NCBI RefSeq assembly: GCF_004010195.1
Contig: NC_057718.1
Coordinates: 45,424,717-45,488,716 of the forward strand
Length of the DNA stretch: 64,000 nucleotides
DNA from: Chiloscyllium plagiosum
Lineage: Eukaryota
Direction of reading: 5' to 3'
Shown here: piece after piece, positions 52,389 to 63,118 of the stretch
Layout of the letters: each line of letters starts with the position of its first letter
Numbering within the stretch: position 1 is the first letter of the stretch
Position numbers and translations under genes: made by a program
The notes under the pieces: generated by a model
Told to the model about the DNA's origin: nothing
Database searches by the model: none
Seen by the model: the letters and a program-made list of their open reading frames with translations, nothing else

Positions 52389-53475
52389 GTGAGCATATTT
52401 CAAGTAGTGAAAGAAATTGTAATGCTTACAAAAATAACCTTCCTGTTTGCAGCCTTTTTATGTTGCTCAATTTGACTTGTTTGATCATTCATTGACTCAG
52501 GATTGAACATTATTTACATATTACTGAAGACAAAAGCAGAAGTAATAACATCAGTAGTTCACATTAAACATATTATGTTCTGAGGAATCATTCTGCTTGT
52601 CATTTGCTAAACATGTCATGTTGTCTTTGAGTTATAATTGAGGTGATGCGATAGCATACGTTAGGGTTGCCACCTGGTTCGAGATAACACAAATGTAAAA
52701 TAAACTTAGGACCTTTCCTCACAAGACTATCGGAAATTATGTTAAAATATGATAAAAGTGTTTAAAGCCATGAAAGGCTGAGATAAGCTTATATAAAAGC
52801 AGACTTGGTCATTTAACAGCCATTAATGCAAGACGTAATGAAAGATTTACGATATCTTTATACAGTGAGTCAAGAATATAGAATTTACTTCCAGGATTAG
52901 TCATGGAGGTAGAATCCAAGTAAACATTGAAGGTTAGGTTGAATAATGGAAAGAGTGGTTAAGGTAACTGGCATCGTACCTGAGATTGGGACTGTTTTGT
53001 TGAATAGAGAGTAAACAGTAAAGCCACCCAGTTATGTCAAATATTTTGTTTTGGTATTACAGCTTCTATAGGTATTCTTTGTATATCTCTGTGTCTTTAC
53101 ATGTAAGTATTGCATAAAATAATAAGCCCTACATTGGTTGCAAAACAACAGGTTTTCCCTCCTGTTATAAATGATTTAATCTTTACTCTGCTCTGACATT
53201 ACATAATGTGCTGTTTTAAATAAAATTACCAAAGAGGAATGACTAAAAAGTTGTAATCTTTATATATTTGTAGCACAACTGACTCATAGTACTGGATTTG
53301 AATATTTGAAAACCATTTGTGTTGTTATTTTTATTGAAGTTATCCCTGTGGCTCTTAGGATCTTTCCTTCATCAAGGCTTGTGTAGCAATTTCCCTATCT
53401 TTTTGCTGACCTATTGACACAACCATATAGACCTCGTTTGTTAAGTCCCAATTGTCAGAAAAATGTCTTAGGAAT

Positions 53476-53874
53476 TAACGAGTATTGAGAAGATTTGTAG
53501 CTCAGCTTGAGGTTCTGGATGTAGATTTGCTTGCTGAGCTGGAAGGTTCATTTTCAGACGTTTTTGTCACCATACTAGGTAATATATTCAGTGAGCCTCT
53601 GGACGAAGCATTGCTGGTATTTCCTGCTTTCTATTTATATGTTTGGGTTTCCTTGGGTCGGTGATGTCATTTCCTGTGGTGACGTTGCTTTCTATGGTGA
53701 TGTATGTCCTGTTCTTTTTCTCAGTGGACGGTAGATGGGATCCAAGTCAATGTGTTTGTTGATAGAGTTCTGGTTGGAATGCCATGCTTCTCGGATTGCA
53801 CGAGAATACACCACTAGTATGGTGACGAAACATCTGAAAATGAACGTTCCAGCTCAGTGAGCAAACCTACATCC
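53476..53874 (-). mobile_element. 5'-truncated Penelope element: end of the GIY-YIG ORF, pLTR, and an inverted partial pLTR
   Basis: Minus strand EAWHSNQNSINKHIDLDPIYRPLR (53790-53718); inverted arms 53516-53578 and 53814-53875; TSD atgtctta(g/a)gaat at 53463-53475 and 53875-53887. Confidence 0.85.
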
Positions 53875-53894
53875 ATGTCTTAAGAATAGTTTTC

Positions 53895-54120
53895 TTTTCT
53901 TTGATGATATCAGGCTGTCACTGCCAAAGACAGTATTTGTTGCTCATCTCTAATTGCCTTTGAATGGAGTAAGGACTATGCCATTTTAAAGGAAAATTAA
54001 GAGATAACCACTTGTTCTGGGTCTCAAGGTAAATGTAGGCCAGACTAGGTAAAGATAGGAAGATAACCTTCCTTAAGGACATTAGTGAACTACTTAGATT
54101 TTTTGCAATAATCAATGCTA
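53895..54120 (-). mobile_element. 3' half of the 11135 tRNA SINE family
   Basis: Reverse complement of ttcactaatgtcctt.aggaagg...tacctagtctggcctaca and the tail. Confidence 0.7.
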
Positions 54121-54159
54121 GTTTCAGAGCCACAGATAATTAAGGCCATATTGCAGAAT

Positions 54160-55290
54160 TTGCAGAATAGATTCAATCCAACAATTCCTTGGGAAGGACT
54201 CAATATCTATAGTTCATTAAAAAGGTTAAAGGTTATATTTGAGGGAAAAGGACATAATTGTACAAAATAGGGTGGCAGGTCAGAAGATTGGGCAGAACAT
54301 ACAGAAAAATGACAAAAAGATCAAACAGGAGTGAAATCTAAATGAATCAAACTGGTATTTTGTGTTGGTTTTCACAATAAAAATTTAACCAACATCTCAG
54401 AAATAGCTGTCAATAAAGAACTGGAAGGGAGGGAGAAATTCAGGAAAATAACAGTCACCAAGAAAATAGTACTTATCAAATTATTGGAAGTATGGGCCAA
54501 CAAGACCCCAGGTTCTGATGTTTCCATTCTAGGGTCTTAATAGATGTGGTTAGTGTGATAATTATGTGTTGGTTGTAATTTTTCAGAATTCATTAGATTT
54601 GGAGAAGGTTCCATTAGATTGGAAAATAGTTGATGTAGCTCCTTTATTCCAAAATGAAGGAACACAGAAAACAGGAAATGATAGGCTAGTTCACTGTCTC
54701 ACTTCCTTTTGAGGAAGAGAGTTGCAAAAACTTGAAACCTTCTGAGGAACAAAATCTCCTGGTCTCTGCCTTCAATAAGTGACCTGAAGTTTTAAACCGT
54801 GACCCCTGTTTTTAGATTTTTCCAGAAGAGGAAACATCCTTCCCACAATTCCACATCCACCTTGTTGAGCCCCCTCAGAATCTTGTATGTTTCAATGAAG
54901 ACATGTTTTCCTCTTCTAAACTCCAGTGCATACAAGCCTAACTTGACTAGCCTTTCCACAAAAGATGACTGCTTATTCCAGGGATTGGCCTAAAATGCTT
55001 TCTCTGAACTGCCTGCAATGTATTTCCGTACTACCGTATATAGGAAGATGAAATGTTGTACTCTAGATCTTTTTCTCTCAAGTACCCTTTATAAATGAAG
55101 AATAGCCTCCCTACTTTGGTATTCATTTTTTTTTTTTGCAAAACAAACATTATATTTACTTTCTGATCTACTTGCTGTGCCTACACACTAACCTGTTTTT
55201 TATGCATTTGGCATCCCAGAGCTCTGCAATCTCTTACCATTGTGAGAATATGCTAGTCTTTTTTTATATTCTGCCTGTGGAAATGGACAG
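54160..55290. mobile_element. Two degenerate CR1 fragments (+ strand ~54160-54690, - strand ~54695-55290)
   Basis: + part: IFQNSLDLEKVPLDWKIVDVAPLF; - part resembles the CR1 3' region. Confidence 0.6.
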
Positions 55291-56809
55291 TTTCTTTTAG
55301 GTTTGAGGTGAAAGGGCTCCCAATGTTGCAAATAAAATATTTTCCAGGTTGGTGCTTTTTTTTTTACCCCGCCCCACTCTTCTGTCTCTTTATCTTTATT
55401 TTGAATCATTACGAAAACATTAGCAAATGAAGGCTCAGTCCAAAGGAGTATCTTGTAGCCTTGAACAAATTACTTTTTATTATTATTATCTTTTGGATAA
55501 GTGTTGGTATGAGAGACATGTCATTCCCAAGCCAATTTAAATATTTCACAACATGTTTTACTTTTTAATCCTTTTTAGGCAGTATTTCTGATCAGTTTTC
55601 TGTGCTGTGTAAAGGTATAGCTATTAATGAAAATAATTGCTATACCTTCTCTCCCTTTTCCATTTGATCTGCAGTATTAATATGAATCTAGACTTGTCAA
55701 CACACTAAACAATTTAAAACATGAATTTATTACAGCCCAGTATTGAAGGAAAATAATTGAGTTAGCAAAAATATCTGAGCTGAAACAATACATGCTATTG
55801 ATTGTTTGCTTTCAAATGTGATGCGACAAAAGAGGGTGTGAGTTACTGATACGTTAAGTGAAATTGATGTAAGACATTTTTGGGTACAAGGTGCTGTTGA
55901 CCCATTATCTATCTTTTTTGACCCATTGGGAGTCAAGAGTTTTTGAATGCAGATTGGAAAATGGAACAGAGAAGATGGACAGATGGCCATGATCTTATAT
56001 TGAGTGGTCAAACAGGCTCAAAGGAGATCTTCTGCCTTGCAGTCCTATCTGCCCATCTCTTTTCTCCCCTTCCATTTCTCCAACTTCACACATACTCAGG
56101 ATGAGTCTTGTCAGGTGTTGAGAAGTAGCACTACCAGGATCAAAAGTGGGAACTGACCCCTTGCTGGAAGGAATTTGGAAAATCTGGAATTGTTGCAGAA
56201 AACTGGGGCGATTGAGCTAGTCCTGACAATCAGGGGTGAAGGGTGTGAGCAAATGTATTTGCTATGGTGGCAGCCTCCTGGTGAAAGTTAAATGGTGATG
56301 TATGAGGAAAATGATCCTTATTTGGTTGCCTCGATAGTTCATTTGGCCACCTGAATAACAACTGTGATGTTGATGTGCCTGTTACTAATAATATATCAAG
56401 GTTATCCAAAGATTTTGAGCTTCTCTCCCAGTGCCTCCCCCCTCACATTACCAGCCTGTTATTATAGGGCTGGTACACCTAATGTGACTTACATTTTATC
56501 CTGTTATTTAATGAAAGGTCCAGAGCCATTCTAATGAGACAAATCTATCTGAGAGTCTGACTCAGCATGTAATTTTAGTTTGAATTATCCAGAATTTCAA
56601 CTTGCCTAGGGGAAATAAACCAAAGAAACTTTGTGATTTAGAATACAAGTCTAATGATCTTACATTTTATGGAATGGTTTATCTAGGCTCCACTCACTTT
56701 CTCTCACCTGAAAATGTGGAGTGTGATGATGGCCTTACTGCAGTAAATTTCAGTTTGGCTCATCCACCAATCGAGACTTGTTCAGGTAGGACACTGGGTG
56801 AGAATGGTT

Positions 56810-57973
56810 CTGAGGTAGTCATATATATGGACTTTAAGGCGTTTGATAAGTTTCCCCATGGTAAACAAATAGAGAAGGTGAAGTCATATGAAGTGCAGGG
56901 TGTTCTAGCTAGGTGGACAAAGAACTGGTTGAACAACAGGAGACAGAGTAGTAGTTGAAGGAAGTTTCTCGAAATGGAGAAAGGTGACCAGTGTTTTTCC
57001 ACAGGGGTCAGTGTTGGGGCCACTGTTGTTTGTGATATACATAAATGATCAGGAAGAGGGTACTGTTGATATAATCAGCAACTTTGCAGATGACACAAAG
57101 TTGGTGGAGTAGCAGAAAGCATAAGGGACTGTCAAAGAATACAGGAGGATATAGATAGACTGGAGAGTTGGGTGGAAAAATGGCAAATGGGGTTCAATCC
57201 AGACAAATGTGAGGTGATGCATTTAGGCAAGACTAATTCTAGAGTGAATTATACAATGAACAGAAGAGCCTTGGGAAACGAGAGATCTGGGAGTGCAGGT
57301 CCATTGTACCCTGAAGGTTGCTGCACAGGTCATAGAGTCATAAAGAAGGCATATGGTATGCTTGCCTTCATTGGGTGGGGTATTGAGTATAAGAGCTGGC
57401 AACTCATGTTAAAATTGTACAAGACATTAGTTTGGCCGCATTTAGAATACTGTGTACAGTTCTGGTCGCTACATTACCAATAGGATGTGTATGCTTTGGA
57501 GAGGGTGTAGAGAAGGTTTACAAGGATGTTGCCTGGTATGGAAGGTGCTAGCTATGAAGAGAGGTTGAGTAAGTTAGGTTTGTTTTCATTAGAAAAAAGG
57601 AGATTGAGGGGGGACCTGATTGAGCTTTACAAAATCATGAAAGGTATAGACAGGGTGGCTAGAGATAAGCTTTTTCCTAGGGTGAAGGATTCAGTAACGA
57701 GAGATCATGATTTCAAGGGGACAGGTGAAAAGTTTAAGGGGAATACACGTGGCAAGTACTTCACACAGAAGGTGGTGGATGCCTGGAACACGTTGCCAGC
57801 AGAGGTGGTAGAGGCAGGCAAGGTAGATTCTTTTAAGATGCATGAGTAGGTGGGGAGCAGAGGGATACAGATGCTTAGGAATTGGGTGACAGGTTTAGAC
57901 AGTAGATTTGGATCAGCTAGGCTTGGAGGGCCGAAGGGCCTGTTCCTGTGCTGTAAATTTTCTTTGTTCTTTG
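56810..57973 (+). mobile_element. 5'-truncated CR1 LINE
   Basis: YMDFKAFDKFPHG, NFADDTK, LVWPHLEYCVQFWS, LFSLEKRRLRGD; tail ttctttgttctttg. Confidence 0.95.
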
Positions 57974-58464
57974 TAGGGAAATGGAATCCATCTTGTCCTC
58001 ACATTGTGCTCTCTTTGATCAAAAGCTGGGTCTGCTCTAATTGACCTAATTTCTTCCTCATGTTGCCCTGCAGCCCAATCGACATATTTAGCAAATTTAT
58101 AATTTATTCAACAAAGTCCTGAAGAGAATTTACAGAATAAGTTTTAGTAGTGTGCCGATGACGTTTTTACAATATGTCTAGAAGTCCCCAATGTGTTTCA
58201 CAATTCATCTTCAAATTTCTAAGAGAAACCGAGTAATAAAAGAGTTTTGACACATTGTCTAGGGTAAAGATGTAATATAAATACAGTTTGTGAATATGGC
58301 TGCTAACACCTGCTTTATACTTGTGTATATATTGAAATAGTTCTGGGGATCCTTTATAATAACCTGTTTACTCCGAAACAACTGATCTCTGTTCAGAAAA
58401 TGTGACAATTGAAGTTGTAGTCTCGGAAATTCCATGCATTTTCTGAGTGAGTTCCACTTAAGTT

Positions 58465-58915
58465 ACCTTTAATATGGCACCTTTTGTGCATAAACGCATC
58501 CCAAAGTTCTTCGGAGAGGTGTAATCAAACTAAAAATCAGGGATTAACCAAAGAAAGAGATATTGGGAAAAGTGATCAAAAGCTTAATTGAAAGGTGCAA
58601 TTTTTAGTGAGTGTGGTCTTAAAGGAGGAGACTGAGCTAAGGGCTTTGAGGGACAAAATTCCAGAACATGGCTCTTAAATGGCAGATTGAACCACTGCCA
58701 ATGGAGGGGGGAGAAAGGTTACAAGCAAAATAGGTTAAAGGACTAGTAGCTGTGTATGACCTTTTATAGGAAGCTGCCTGCTGTATGTTTGGTTCAGTTG
58801 AGGTTTATGCAGAGTGGGAAACCTGACAGGAGAATATTGGAATAGTTGAGAGTGGGTCTGACAAGGCATGGTTGAGTTTTTGAACAGCAGAAGAGCTGAG
58901 AAAGGGATTGAGGCA
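58465..58915 (-). mobile_element. L2 LINE 3' fragment
   Basis: Reverse-complement L2-type tail (atatggcacctt...catcccaaagt.cttc) followed by purine-rich L2 body. Confidence 0.55.
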
Positions 58916-59093
58916 ACTTATATACATCAAACCTAATTCAACAGAGAAATCTTTACATACAAGGGAATGAAGTTTCATTGTTGAAAAGAGTTCTACAGCT
59001 GGAAAAAATGTACAATATTGAGGTGGAACTTCTGCAATTCTTGTAGTTCTGGAATAAACATGGAAGTTTGGTTACTGCTAGCAACTTTAATAT

Positions 59094-59803
59094 AGTGCGC
59101 GCACATACACACACACACTCATGCAGAACCCCCCCTCTCATGTGCACACACATGCACTCCCCGCACTCACACCCATGCACGCGCCCTCTCACAGGCTTAC
59201 ACCCCATCACACTCACGTACATACTTGGCCAAGCCTACACACACGTACACACACTCTTTCACATGTACTCGTACCACATGCACACACCCGCTCTGTCTCT
59301 CCTGCATGCGCGCACACACAAATTTGTGGGGTGGAACTTTAGTTGCAGAATTATATTTTATTTTGCTCAAAAGCTGCACAAATCCATGTAGGATTCTGAA
59401 AGTCCTACTTTAGAAATAAAACTGACTCACATTGGGACAGACTTTAAGTTCACACCTTTAATATATTGTCTGAGCTAAAATAACACCTATTGTTAGATAA
59501 ACTGAAGCCATCATCAGAATGTAACTTAAAGGTTTTTGAATTTGCACATTTAAAAGCCTAAACCAGCATATCCCATCCTAGAAGATGCAAGACTTAATCT
59601 AAGTTTGTTTAATATTACAACTCCGTGACACTTTAACCTTTTGCTATAAATTCGGTGTCATACGGTCATGTTCCACAACCACCTGGTGAAAATGCAGTGC
59701 CTCAAAAGCTAGTCCTTCCAAATATACTTGTTGGACTATAACCTGGTATTGTGTGATTTTTAACTTTGTCCACGCCAGTCCAACCCTGGCACCTCCAAAT
59801 CAT
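59094..59803 (+). mobile_element. PLE 3' region (CA-rich segment plus pLTR), parent family of the 26965 hairpin
   Basis: 59675-59803 matches the 26965 element arm (caaccacctg.tgaa...aaagctagt.cttcc...gttggactataacctggt.ttgtgtgatttttaacttt...ctccaaat). Probable TSD aacttt(a/t)atat at 59083-59093 and 59804-59814. Confidence 0.75.
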
Positions 59804-60184
59804 AACTTTTATATCAATACAGTATCAGTGATAACTTAGGAATTTTACATCCCAGATCCATCTCTACGGTCGCAGAGGACAGACTAACGTGGAGTAGTTA
59901 ACTCCATGAGCTTGTTAATCATTTGACATTAAACTACATTAGCTTAGAAATGGGTTTGTCTTCAACCTGATAAACAGGGCTGTACTTTTACTGCTCGAAG
60001 CAGCTGTAAATTTCCTTGAATACAAATTACCATTGGAGAGAATACCAGGAGGCTGCTTATAGCTTTTCCAACCTACATCATTTCTGTTAGCACTGTTAAG
60101 GTCAAATTTTAATGTTTATAGTTGACGAAAGGTCATGTAATATAACCTTTTGAGGGTTGAGGGGGGTGGGGGTTGTTGGTTTGC

Positions 60185-60390
60185 CCAGTGGGCTGGGCAA
60201 CTTTTTTGCCATACAGACTTCTTCCAACAGCGTGGGTTCAATTCTTGCACCAGACGAGGCTACCATGAGAGCCTCTTGTTCTGAACCTCTCCCCTCACCT
60301 GAGGCGTGGTGACCCTCAAGTTAAACCATAACCATTCATCTCTCTCTAATGAGAGAGAGCAGCCATGAGGTCTGGTAAGACAATGGAAAG
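60185..60390 (+). mobile_element. Unnamed tRNA-like SINE
   Basis: B box gggttcaattc; body shared with 6375-6485; small hairpin ctctctct-aatg-agagagag. Confidence 0.55.
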
Positions 60391-61060
60391 TTAAGATAGT
60401 TGCAGTGAGAGGTGTGTATGTGTGGGGTGAAATTCTAGCAATACATTTACTGTGAAATGCTGACTAGTTCTGTGCTTGGATAAAGATTTGACTCTGCTAT
60501 GACACAACAATCTGTCAAAATGACCACCTGTTTATTGGTGGGTGGTGTGTTTCCATCTGGATAAGTTTACAGTTCTCGGACATTAGTGTTTAACAGTTAA
60601 TCAGCCTGACCAGATAGCTTGCTTTCAACTTGGTAATTTTTAGGTATATGGTCAGTACTATATGTAGTTCTTTGTCATATATTGGTTCATACTATTTTAT
60701 GGTAAATCAATAAAAGATATATTTAATTTTAAATAGAAGCCAAATTGATGGTCAATGTTTTTGCTTCTGCTTTCAGTGGTGATTCAATGTTGAGCTAATA
60801 CAAAATGCATTAAAAGTATCTTTGATATGAAGTGTCACTTAAATAGTGTTCAATTTATTTGTAATTGGATGATAGAAGATGTATGAATTGTTAACATATT
60901 TCTATTGTTGACTAGGCACTGTTTAAGAAACCATTTGTAGCAATGGGTAATATCACAAACCCAAGATAATCTTGTTCTTTGCTTGATGGATACTATCAAG
61001 CATATTGTGTGTACCTGTGTTATTGCATTGGATATCTGACCACTTCTCACAACCTCTCTT

Positions 61061-61359
61061 GGGGTGGTATGGTGGCTCAGTGGTTAGCACTGCTGCCTCA
61101 CAGCGCCAGGGACCCACGTTCGATTCCAGCCTTGGGTGACTGTGTGTGGAATTTGCACATTCTCCCCGTGTCTATGTGGGTTTCCTCCGGGTGGTCCAGA
61201 TGTGCAGGTCAGGTGAATTGACCATGCTAAATTGTCCATAGTGTTAGATGCATTAGTCAGGGGTAAATGGGACTGGGTGGGTTACTCTTCGGAGGGTCAG
61301 TGTGGACTTGTTGGGCTGAAGTGCCTGTTTCCACACTGTAGAGAATCTAGTCTAATCTA
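61061..61359 (+). mobile_element. HE1/V-SINE, near full length with a small internal deletion
   Basis: tRNA head (tggctcagtggttagc, gttcgattcc), V-domain tgtgtggaatttgcacattctccccgtgtct.tgtgggtttcctccggg, and CR1-like tail cctgtttccacactgta..(aatct)n. Confidence 0.92.
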
Positions 61360-61381
61360 AAATTACATTCTATATAAATAG

Positions 61382-61532
61382 GAGAAAGTGAGGACTGCAG
61401 ATGCTGGAGATCAGAGCTTAAAAATGTGTTGCTGGAAAAGCACAGCAGGTCAGGCTTATGCTCGAAACGTCGATTCTCCTGTTCCTTTGATGCTGCCTGA
61501 CCTGCTGCGCTTTTCCAGCAACACATTTTTAA
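61382..61532. mobile_element. Fold-back PLE-type element (family of 49144) with its centre deleted
   Basis: Arms ttaaaaatgtgttgctggaaaagcacagcaggtcaggc and gcctgacctgctgcgcttttccagcaacacatttttaa; only ...gctcgaaacgtcga of the core remains; 15-bp TSD attctatataaatag at 61367-61381 and 61533-61547. Confidence 0.88.
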
Positions 61533-61970
61533 ATTCTATATAAATAGTCTACTGAATAATCCGAGCCTTTAAGCTTTTAGCTCGGATGGTAATAATGTCA
61601 TAACAATTTTGAAAGTAACTGGCTATTCAAATTTATTATACTGGATGTTACGTAAAAGAATAACAACAAACAACGAGCTTACCTTTTGTTTTGAAAAGTG
61701 ATTCTCTAACTATGACTTAAAAAGAGCAGATGTGAAAAGTGTTACTTAATGGTTTGAGAAATCTATCATTCAGATACTTCCTTGACTGAAGCATGCCATT
61801 GATGTATTAAGTATTAGTGTAACTAGTCCATGTCAGTGAACGTTGATATCCATAGATTTCAGTTATTATGTGCAAGGAAGCTGTTTTTCAATTTTAAAAA
61901 ATAAATTGACTGTAAAAAAAACTTCATAAGTTAGTGGCCCTGACATTTTGTGAACTCCGAAATGTGTGCC

Positions 61971-61988
61971 CTGGCGCCATCTAGTGAG
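61971..61988 (-). promoter_or_regulatory. Candidate CTCF site
   Basis: Minus strand tcactagatggcgcca versus consensus CCASYAGRKGGCRS (1 mismatch); motif match only. Confidence 0.45.
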
Positions 61989-62899
61989 TGTTTTTTTATG
62001 AATTTCATTGAGAGTTAAATACTGAGAGGGTGACATTGGTCTGTACCAGAGAGATGGGTTTGGAACAAATCGGCAGTCTTATATTTTATATTCCATTTCC
62101 TGGAAAAGTATTGTGAAGAATTTTAATTTCAAACCAAATAAAATCAACATTGAGACTATGGAACAATTCTCCAAAAATAGGTTGAACTAATGTCTTTTGA
62201 ACTTTTCTGGAAAGTGTTGCGGAAACACAAATAATTGCTGATTAGCTCTGAGCCTGTCACATGATTGTCATAGACTAATTTTACACCCAAATCTTCTTGG
62301 ACAAAAGTATTGTGCAATTTGGATGTTTAGTATTTATTTGTTTAATAAATGCATTTTTAAAAAATGTATTCCATTCACACAAATCTTGAATCAAATATAT
62401 CATGTCAGATAATTGCAAAATGTATAGCTTCGTCCTTATTGAATTAAACTGGAAAGACACCAAGATGTCAGGATAGATGAGATTAAAATAAATATTTTAG
62501 CTTTCTTCCATAATCCATAGTACATAAAAAATAAAAGCAATATTTTCATTACAAACAACATCGGATAAGACAGACAGGAAAAGGCTCAAAAGCTAAACCA
62601 AATGAAATGAAGTAAAATTATACCACTCCGAAGTGGGGAAAAAAAGTAACTTTTCAGGTTGTCTCCGTGTGTAACTGTGTTGTTGAAAGATTGTGTGGGT
62701 CAAACTACCTTAGAAGATTTGTCGAGAGCTTGTTTTCCAGCTTGTGGTATCAATCCATCTATTGCCTCTGTACCATGTTAGTTAGTAGCAAATATGATAA
62801 AATACTCCCTCTATGCCTGCTGTTTATGCAATTACTCTTTATTTTCAAGACATTGTATGGAACTCCACTAATATCGCATTTGTTTCCATGGAAATGCAG

Positions 62900-63118
62900 T
62901 GTAGAATGCTGGAAAAAAAGCTGGAAGAGGATATGGTGTTTACAGAATATGAACAGATCCCAAAGAAGATGGTAGATGGTGTTTTCACCACAGCAACTCT
63001 TCCAGAAAATGCAGAACGGAATCGTTTCAGGGATGTTGTTCCATATGAGGAGAACAGGGTGGAACTTGTGCCAACCAAAGAAAACAATACTGGCTATGTC
63101 AATGCCTCCCACATCAAG
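62900..63118 (+). CDS. PTPN14: PTPN14 coding exon (start of the PTP domain; exon 15 equivalent, 219 bp)
   Basis: atgcag|TGT...AAG|gtgaga; [23 protein letters not shown]...[37 protein letters not shown]. Confidence 0.97.

Noticed and set aside
54160..55290. Twin-primed (5'-inverted) single CR1
   Set aside because: The fragments are arranged with their 3' sides facing the junction, not in twin-priming geometry, and no TSD is seen.
59068..59413. His/Thr-rich ORFs
   Set aside because: Translation of CA-rich low-complexity repeat sequence.
61061..61135. tRNA gene (also 20181 and 11140)
   Set aside because: These are SINE heads continuing into SINE bodies.
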